From NCBI GenBank assembly GCA_015056815.1, contig SVFN01000028.1, positions 399-64,398 on the forward strand: a stretch of DNA of 64,000 bases, given 5' to 3'. The notes under the pieces are model-generated. The model saw only the letters and a list, made by a program, of their open reading frames with translations, was not told where the DNA came from and searched no databases. Below are positions 8,347 through 14,891 of the stretch, one piece after another (position 1 is the first letter of the stretch; the number at the start of each line of letters is the position of its first letter). The translations under genes and the position numbers were made by a program. The stretch is from Lachnospiraceae bacterium. GTDB taxonomy: Bacteria > Bacillota > Clostridia > Lachnospirales > Lachnospiraceae.

Positions 8347-9281
8347 GGGTGAGCGATGTGGCAGAAAAGACAGCCTCAAAAAAAAGAGAGCCGGTCATAC
8401 AGGTAAGAAATCTCTACAAAATATATAAAGTGGGCGATTCAAAGGTAAGGGCACTTAACGGTGTGGATTTTAATATCTACAGGGGAGAGTTCTGTTCGAT
8501 CGTAGGCACTTCCGGATCAGGGAAATCTACATTGCTGAATATGCTTGCAGGTCTGGAGAAACCAACAAAGGGAAGCATTGTCATAGCGGGCGAACATATG
8601 GAAACCAAAAACGAAGGCCAGCTGGTTAAATTCCGGCGCGAGCACATTGGGTTTATTTTCCAGTCTTTTAATCTGCTGTCTACGTTAAATGCGATTGAAA
8701 ATGTGGCGTTGCCGCTGACTTTTCAGGGGGTAGATAAAAAGAAACGTTTGGAAGTGGCATCAAAGATGCTGGATCTTGTGGGACTTGGCAAGCACAAGAA
8801 GCACAGACCTACCCAGATGTCCGGCGGTCAGCAACAGCGCGTGGGAATCGCGCGTGCGCTGGTGGTAGATCCTGAGATCATATTTGCGGATGAGCCAACC
8901 GGTAATCTGGATTCCAATACCTCAAGGGAGGTTATGGAATTGATCAAAAAAATCGTCCGGGAGAAAAACCAGACACTTGTTATGGTTACTCATGATGATC
9001 ATCTTGCGGGATTTGCGGACAGGATCTTCAGGATCAGCGATGGAAAAATCATTTCGATCGAAGAGCCGGGAGTGGATGCACTTGAATCGGAGAAACAGCA
9101 GCGCTCTGAGAAAGCGGGAAAAGTGAAGACAGATCCTGAGAAGACAGAAACCGATAAAAAGAGGACGAAAAAGCCGGGATTGAAGAAAACGGCAGATAAG
9201 AAACTACAGGTGACGGAAAATAAAAAACGAGTGTTACGTAAAAAAGCAGAGGCACATCCGCCTGAAAAAGCAGGCGGTTAG
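8328..9281 (+). CDS. ABC transporter ATP-binding protein (MacB/LolD/FtsE-like) with a Lys-rich C-terminal tail
   Basis: Walker A GTSGSGKST, signature MSGGQQQRV, Walker B IIFADEPT and H-loop THD. The last ~65 aa are low-complexity and basic. The exact start is uncertain; a GTG at 8349 is an alternative. Confidence 0.9.
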   Translation: MENGKIRVSDVAEKTASKKREPVIQVRNLYKIYKVGDSKVRALNGVDFNIYRGEFCSIVGTSGSGKSTLLNMLAGLEKPTKGSIVIAGEHMETKNEGQLVKFRREHIGFIFQSFNLLSTLNAIENVALPLTFQGVDKKKRLEVASKMLDLVGLGKHKKHRPTQMSGGQQQRVGIARALVVDPEIIFADEPTGNLDSNTSREVMELIKKIVREKNQTLVMVTHDDHLAGFADRIFRISDGKIISIEEPGVDALESEKQQRSEKAGKVKTDPEKTETDKKRTKKPGLKKTADKKLQVTENKKRVLRKKAEAHPPEKAGG

Positions 9282-9366
9282 ATAAGGAAGTGACAGTAAT
9301 AAAAACGCATGATATATAACATGTGTAACGTAACAAATGTTTTTTTGAAGAGAGGAGTAATAGATC

Positions 9367-11247
9367 ATGAACAAACTGACAAAGGCTGCACGAAATATTC
9401 TGGCAGGTATCCTATGTGCAGCATTTGTATGCGGAGGAGCCGGACAATATACAGGAATCATTCAGGCGCAGGCTACAGAGTCTGTGGAAATGGGAAATAC
9501 AGGAGAACTGATCAGTGCAGGAAGTACATCGGTAATGGATCAGGGAATACAGAAGAAAAACTACGCAGCGGATAAGACAAGTGCCACTGCTGATTCTGAA
9601 ACGGACAAGTCAACGGAATCCACAACTCTGACAACAAAAAAGGTTACCGATAAGACGACGGATAAGACGACGGATAAGACGACTGACAAAAACGATTCCG
9701 ATAATGATGCCGGCAATGATGTTCCGGTTGCGGACGAAGCGCCTGTTGTTTCTTCTGACAGTGAGCTGATCATGGTGGGGGGAAACTGGGTGACACCGGT
9801 AGCCAGATACGGACAGTATGTGAACGTGGTTCTCCCTATTGTAAATATGATGAAAGGCATTCATCTGAACAATGTGATCGTGACTCCGATCGTTGCAACG
9901 AATACAGGGGAGTGGCCTTTTGAAATTGAGACCAGTGGATATACACAGACGATACCGGATCTGCCGGGCATCGGGAATGGTCAGAATGATATGGACAGGC
10001 GACGTGAGCTGACCTGGACATTTAAGGTAAAAGACAATGTGCTGAACGGTTATTATAAGGTACCGTTTCTTGTAAATTATATCGATCCTACCACCGGGGC
10101 CAATGCGCAGGTAACTCTTACAACATATGTGAGAGCAGTAGGCGCACCGGGCGTGGGAAATGCCGATGAAGATACCGGAAAGTATTCTACACCGCGTGTG
10201 ATCGTGACCGGTTATGATACGGATCCGAAGGAGGTCCGTGCCGGTTCTACCTTTACACTGACACTTCATTTAAAAAATACTTCTGTAAATACCAGCGTAT
10301 CCAATATGCTGGTGCATCTGACAACCCCTTCTGAGGGAAAAGATGCCGATACAACATATGAAGCTTTTATGCCTTCTTCGGGCTCCAATACATTCTATGT
10401 AGATCGTATTGGCAAAGGCGAAACCACAGATCTTTCTATCGAGATGAAAGCAAAGAACGATCTGATGCAAAAACCATATCAGCTGGATATCGGCATGGAG
10501 TATGAAGATGAGAATATAAACGCCTATACTTCTTCGTCGGATATTTCCATTCAGGTTATTCAGAAAGCACGTTTTGAATTTAGCTCAAAAGAGATCATGC
10601 CGGCAGAAATTTCGGTAGGAGATCAGGCAAATGTTATGTTCAGTATTTATAATACCGGACAGGTAACGCTGTATAATGTGCATGTGAAGTTTGAAGCTGA
10701 CAGCATCGAATCAGATGAAACATATCTGGGCAAGATCGAATCCGGCGCAACCGGAAGTGTGGATACGATGGTGACCGGCGCAGCCGCTACGGAAGATGAC
10801 GGTACGGTGAAGGTGATCATGACGTATGAGGATGAAAACGCCGAGACTTATACCTATGAGGAAACCATGACTCTGAATGTAATGGAAATGATGCCGATGG
10901 ATGACATGGGGATGTATGATGACATGGGTATGGAAGAACAACCACAGGGACCGAATAAGCTGGTGATCATATTGATCGTTGTGGCGGTTGTGATCGTAGG
11001 TGCCGTTGTCCTGGTGATCATTTTGAAAAAACGCCGCAGGAAAAAGGAAGCTGCAGAGCTGCTGGATGAGCTTGAAAGCGATGAATCGGAAGAAGAAACG
11101 GATCCGGAAGAGTTTGATGAAGAAGATCCATACGAAGAAGAATTCTTCGAAGATGAGGAAACGTACGAGGATGAGGACTTGGATGCGGATGATGACGATG
11201 ATGGTTTTGAGATAGTTGGAAAGGACGATACAGATGAAATTTCTTGA
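9367..11247 (+). CDS. Large secreted beta-rich protein, membrane-anchored at its C-terminus, with an acidic cytoplasmic tail (partner of the adjacent MacB-type ABC pair)
   Basis: N-terminal signal peptide (ILAGILCAAFVCGGAG...AQA). The ~500-aa extracellular region looks beta-sandwich-like (COG1361/CARDB-like by impression only). Single TM LVIILIVVAVVIVGAVVLVIIL followed by KKRRRKKE, then a 64-aa tail with 38 Asp/Glu. Confidence 0.6.
   Translation: MNKLTKAARNILAGILCAAFVCGGAGQYTGIIQAQATESVEMGNTGELISAGSTSVMDQGIQKKNYAADKTSATADSETDKSTESTTLTTKKVTDKTTDKTTDKTTDKNDSDNDAGNDVPVADEAPVVSSDSELIMVGGNWVTPVARYGQYVNVVLPIVNMMKGIHLNNVIVTPIVATNTGEWPFEIETSGYTQTIPDLPGIGNGQNDMDRRRELTWTFKVKDNVLNGYYKVPFLVNYIDPTTGANAQVTLTTYVRAVGAPGVGNADEDTGKYSTPRVIVTGYDTDPKEVRAGSTFTLTLHLKNTSVNTSVSNMLVHLTTPSEGKDADTTYEAFMPSSGSNTFYVDRIGKGETTDLSIEMKAKNDLMQKPYQLDIGMEYEDENINAYTSSSDISIQVIQKARFEFSSKEIMPAEISVGDQANVMFSIYNTGQVTLYNVHVKFEADSIESDETYLGKIESGATGSVDTMVTGAAATEDDGTVKVIMTYEDENAETYTYEETMTLNVMEMMPMDDMGMYDDMGMEEQPQGPNKLVIILIVVAVVIVGAVVLVIILKKRRRKKEAAELLDELESDESEEETDPEEFDEEDPYEEEFFEDEETYEDEDLDADDDDDGFEIVGKDDTDEIS
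9646..9693 (+). repeat. 12-bp coding tandem repeat (TDKT x ~4)
   Basis: accgataagacg / acggataagacg / acggataagacg / actgacaaaaac encodes TDKTTDKTTDKTTDKN. Confidence 0.9.
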
Positions 11248-12628
11248 TCTGCTCCGCATGAGCAGCAGCAGTCTCTGGAAACGAAAAGTCCGGACCTTGC
11301 TTACTATACTGGGCGTTGTGGTGGGAACTGCGTCGATCGTGGTCATGATCTCACTCGGTCTGGGCCTGAACCGTGCGACGATGCAGGAGATCGAAAAGTA
11401 CGGCGGGCTTACAACGATCGATGTATATGAGAAAGGAAGTATGTACACAGAGGCTGATTATAATGAAGACAGTTCCAAGGATCAGACAGTGACGCATCTG
11501 GATGATGATGTGGTGGCTCAACTGGAACAGATCGAACATGTGACAAGTGCTTATCCTGTGATCACAGTGGATGCCCTCTTGTTTTCGGGTTCTTATCAGA
11601 CCTATGTTTCTGTACAGGGGTTGAAAGAAGAAGCGCTTCGAAATCTGAATCTGGAGTATGCCGAAGGTGGTGTCTTTGATGAAGACAGTGCCTCTTTACA
11701 GATGGTATTTGGCAATACGGTAAAAGCCAGCCTGTATAATGAGAATACTCAACAGGGATATTGGTATAACGGGGAAGTTGCGGATGTGGATCTGATGCGC
11801 GATGCAGTGTTTGTGATCTTTGATACAGATGCCTACTATGAGTTTAAGTGGGGGAGCACCGATGAGGAAGGGAAACCGGTAAACAGACCTAAGAAGCATC
11901 TGGTCGAGGCTGCGGGACTGATGGCGGGCTCTTTTGATGAATACAACAGTAACAGTGAAAAAGTATTCTGTGATCTGGAGATGCTCAAGAAGATCCTGCA
12001 GAAAGAGTTCAAGGGCAAAGTCATACCGGGGCAGCCTACGACGGCATCCGGAAAAGCATATAAAAAACTCTATTATACCAGTATCGTTGTAAATGTAGAT
12101 GATATGAATAATATGAAAGAAGTACAGAAAAATATCAACGAGATGGGCTTTTCTGCGAACAGTAATTCCGAGTGGATCGAATCCGAACAGAAACAGTTAA
12201 ACTATATTCAGATGGTACTTGGCGGAATCGGAGCAGTTTCTTTACTGGTCGCAGCGATCGGTATCACGAACACAATGATGATGTCGATCTATGAAAGGAC
12301 CAAAGAAATCGGTATCATGAAAGTGCTTGGATGCGGACTGAAAAACATACAGGCTATGTTTTTGCTGGAGGCTGCTTATATCGGTTTCATCGGAGGTATG
12401 GCAGGTTTACTGCTAAGTTGTGGAGTCTCGGCGGTCATCAATTTCTTTCTGGGGTCGGGAGCTATGGGGATGGAAATGGGTGTCGAGGCATCCGGATTGT
12501 CTTATATACCGCCATGGCTGGCAGGGCTCTCGGTTCTGTTTGCGACACTGGTGGGAATGCTCGCAGGATTTTTCCCGTCACTTCGAGCCATGAAACTGAG
12601 TCCGCTTGCGGCTATCCGGAATGAATAG
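11234..12628 (+). CDS. ABC transporter permease, FtsX/MacB family
   Basis: N-terminal MKFLDLLRMSSSSLWKRKVRTLLTILGVVVGTASIV is a typical MacB TM1. There is a ~270-aa extracytoplasmic domain and a C-terminal FtsX 3-TM bundle (ERTKEIGIMKVLG). The start overlaps the upstream stop by 14 nt, with a GGAAAGGA RBS. Confidence 0.88.
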   Translation: MKFLDLLRMSSSSLWKRKVRTLLTILGVVVGTASIVVMISLGLGLNRATMQEIEKYGGLTTIDVYEKGSMYTEADYNEDSSKDQTVTHLDDDVVAQLEQIEHVTSAYPVITVDALLFSGSYQTYVSVQGLKEEALRNLNLEYAEGGVFDEDSASLQMVFGNTVKASLYNENTQQGYWYNGEVADVDLMRDAVFVIFDTDAYYEFKWGSTDEEGKPVNRPKKHLVEAAGLMAGSFDEYNSNSEKVFCDLEMLKKILQKEFKGKVIPGQPTTASGKAYKKLYYTSIVVNVDDMNNMKEVQKNINEMGFSANSNSEWIESEQKQLNYIQMVLGGIGAVSLLVAAIGITNTMMMSIYERTKEIGIMKVLGCGLKNIQAMFLLEAAYIGFIGGMAGLLLSCGVSAVINFFLGSGAMGMEMGVEASGLSYIPPWLAGLSVLFATLVGMLAGFFPSLRAMKLSPLAAIRNE

Positions 12629-12784
12629 CACAGAATTGTATAAAATAATTTGTCCGAAAAGACTAAATGTTGTTTGAATTTGGGAGTTTTGCACTAGATT
12701 TAGCTGATTTTAAATGTTAAAGAAAATGCTTGTGAAATTTTACTGAAAAAGTTTGTAAAATGGGTGGAAAAATGTGAAATTGTA

Positions 12785-12793
12785 TGCTATACT
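12785..12793 (+). promoter_or_regulatory. Extended -10 element (TGcTATACT)
   Basis: TGCTATACT at 12785-12793, about 60 nt upstream of the 12853 ATG. The possible -35 (TGGAAA, 17 nt upstream) is weak. Confidence 0.4.
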
Positions 12794-12852
12794 AACAGCA
12801 ATATGAGTCTGAAACGGGGCTAAAAAATATAGTTGAAACAGGGGCGAAGATT

Positions 12853-14259
12853 ATGCAGGATAATGTAGGAATGGAAGCAGCAAGAAGAGCAGCAGAGGAA
12901 GCAGCAAGAAGAGCAGCACAGGCAGCAGTTATGCGTGCACAACAGGCGCAGGGGGGCGGAGGAGTACAGCCTCAGCAGACAGCACAACAGCATGTACCGT
13001 CGCCACAGGCACAGGCAGCAGCGCAGGCGGCAGCTATGCGTCAGCAGGCACAGAACGCAGGCGGAGCCGGTCAGGCACAGAATGCAGCACAGGGCGGTGC
13101 GGGAGCTGCAGATATTCAGAGGAGTGCCATGGATATGGCTGCGAAGATCGCAGAAGCATCTGCAGCGAAAGCGACTCACGATGCGATCGAGTCTATCTAT
13201 GAGGAAAAGGATGCAGCAAAAAAAGCAGCTGATGAAGGAAAAGTAAAAAAAGCAACGCTGGAGCTTGTAACAAAGACCGCTCAGGAAGCAGCGAAGAAGA
13301 TGGGCGAAGAAGGCGCAAAGCATATGCGCGAGACAAACCAGAAGGTTGAGGATGCGGTTAAGAAAGCGAAAGATGAAGCCAAAACAAAGGCGGAAGCGGA
13401 AGCGAAGAAAGCCGTAAACGATGCGGTTACAAAAGCGGACGCTGAAGCAAAGAAAGCTGTTGAAGAAGCGGTTAAGAAAGCAGAAGAAGAAGCTAAGAAG
13501 ATGATCGCTGATGCAAAAGCAAAAGCGGAAGCAGAAGCAAAGAAAAAAGTGGAAGAGGCAGGAAAAGCAGCGGAGGCCGCTCAGGCACCGAACATCGAAG
13601 CTGCTGTAAAGCGTGCGGAAGAAGAAACACGTAAGAGTGCAGGGACCGCTGCAAAGCAGGAAGAGACAAATACATTAAAGAATATAGAAGAATCGATTCG
13701 CAAAGAAGTAGATGCAGCCGCTGTTAAGAATGCTCAGGAGATGGTTAAGAAATTAGAGAGCGACAGACTGGCACGTATCGAAGAAGAGAAGAAACGTGCG
13801 GAAGAAGAAAGAAAACGTGCGGAAGAAGAAAGACTGAAACGCGAAGCGGAAGAGAAAGCAAAACGTGAAGCGGAAGAGAAGGCACGCCGCGAAGCAGAAG
13901 AAAAAGCGAAACGTGAAGCGGAAGAGAAGGCGAAACGCGAAGCGGAAGAAAAAGCAAAACGTGAAGCGGAAGAAGCTGAGCGTCAGCGTCAGGCGGCAGC
14001 TGAAGCAGCTTTCAAGCAGGTAGAAGCAGAAGCCGCAGCGAAACGTGAAGAAGAAAATGCAGCTGCTATGGCAGCGGAAGCCGCAGCAAAAGCAAGAGAA
14101 GAAGTAACCCAGGCTGCGAAACCGAAACAGCAGGGTATCTCTTTGGACGAATTCCAGAAAGCAGCCATGAAGTTAAAGATCCTTCTCGACAACGGAATCA
14201 TTTCCCAAGCCGAGTTCGACGCCGAAAAACAAAAACTTGTCGCAAATATGCGTATGTAA
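12853..14259 (+). CDS. Ala/Glu/Lys-rich low-complexity (coiled-coil-like) protein with a C-terminal SHOCT domain
   Basis: No signal peptide or TM segment. About 420 aa of A/E/K/Q-rich helical sequence. The C-terminus ISLDEFQKAAMKLKILLDNGIISQAEFDAEKQKLV matches the SHOCT short C-terminal domain pattern. Confidence 0.7.
   Translation: MQDNVGMEAARRAAEEAARRAAQAAVMRAQQAQGGGGVQPQQTAQQHVPSPQAQAAAQAAAMRQQAQNAGGAGQAQNAAQGGAGAADIQRSAMDMAAKIAEASAAKATHDAIESIYEEKDAAKKAADEGKVKKATLELVTKTAQEAAKKMGEEGAKHMRETNQKVEDAVKKAKDEAKTKAEAEAKKAVNDAVTKADAEAKKAVEEAVKKAEEEAKKMIADAKAKAEAEAKKKVEEAGKAAEAAQAPNIEAAVKRAEEETRKSAGTAAKQEETNTLKNIEESIRKEVDAAAVKNAQEMVKKLESDRLARIEEEKKRAEEERKRAEEERLKREAEEKAKREAEEKARREAEEKAKREAEEKAKREAEEKAKREAEEAERQRQAAAEAAFKQVEAEAAAKREEENAAAMAAEAAAKAREEVTQAAKPKQQGISLDEFQKAAMKLKILLDNGIISQAEFDAEKQKLVANMRM
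13837..13980 (+). repeat. Six tandem 24-bp coding repeats (KREAEEKA)
   Basis: Units begin at 13837, 13861, 13885, 13909, 13933 and 13957. They differ mainly at synonymous third positions (cgc/cgt, gag/gaa, aaa/aag, gca/gcg). Confidence 0.9.
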
Positions 14260-14281
14260 ATGAGAAGTGCGTAAAAATAAT

Positions 14282-14634
14282 AAAAGAGCCGATGCCATGC
14301 GAAGCATGAGCGATTGGCTCTTTTATTATTTTTACATACGGCGAATGCCGTCGACCCCACGGACGCGAATGCGTTCGTGGGGTGCGCACTTCTCATTTAC
14401 ATAGGAACGAGGAAAAAGAGCCGATGCCATGCGAAGCATGAGCGATCGGCTCTTTTATTATTTTTACATACGGCGAATGCCGTCGACCCCACGGACGCGA
14501 ATGCGTTCGTGGGGTGCGCACTTCTCATTTACATAGGAACGAGGAAAAAGAGCCGATGCCATGCGAAGCATGAGCGATCGGCTCTTTTATTATTTTTACA
14601 TACGGCGAATGCCGGCGACCCGACGGACGCGAAT
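14282..14634 (+). repeat. Non-coding tandem array, 132-bp unit x ~2.7, each unit made of three hairpins
   Basis: The landmark GAGCC recurs at 14286, 14418 and 14550. Unit hairpins are A (AAAGAGCCGAT..ATCGGCTCTTT with a nested CATGC-GAA-GCATG tip, then a T-rich tract), B (ACGGC-GAAT-GCCGT) and C (CCCCACG-G-ACGC-GAAT-GCGT-T-CGTGGGG). The copies are nearly identical. Confidence 0.95.
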
Positions 14635-14891
14635 ATACAACAATAAAAATGGTTGAAAATGCCTTTTTTGAGGTTGAAAAATATTACAACAAAAACACTT
14701 GAAAAATATAGCAATTCCCCACATACAAATGTCAAAATTCTTACAAATAATAGTCGAAAATAAAAAGAATATGTGATAGAATATAAAAGACTTTAAAAAA
14801 CAGATATCCAAATCCGCACAAAAAATACTGTAATAATGAATCTTTTTGGGCGATTATGCGGATATCAAGAAAAAGAGGAGGTAAGAAGGGA

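Noticed and set aside
12820-13323. 167-aa Cys-rich minus-strand ORF opposite the SHOCT gene (and the similar ORF at 40434-40901 opposite the binding-protein linker)
   Set aside because: GCA/GAA-rich low-complexity coding DNA is open on the complementary strand by composition alone. There is no start context and no plausible fold.
14282-14634. Possible CRISPR array (also considered for 47831-48114)
   Set aside because: The units are contiguous, with no unique spacers between repeats. At 108-132 bp they are far longer than CRISPR repeats. No cas genes occur in the window.
14314-14646. 110-aa ORF with an internally repeated sequence (..LLLFLHTANAVDPTDANAFVGCALLIYIGTRKKSRCHAKHERS.. x2.5)
   Set aside because: It is simply the 132-bp (44-codon) tandem array read in one open frame. 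It has no RBS, an odd composition, and overlaps terminator-like hairpins. The same holds for the minus-strand ORFs at 13989-14396 and 14529-14735.
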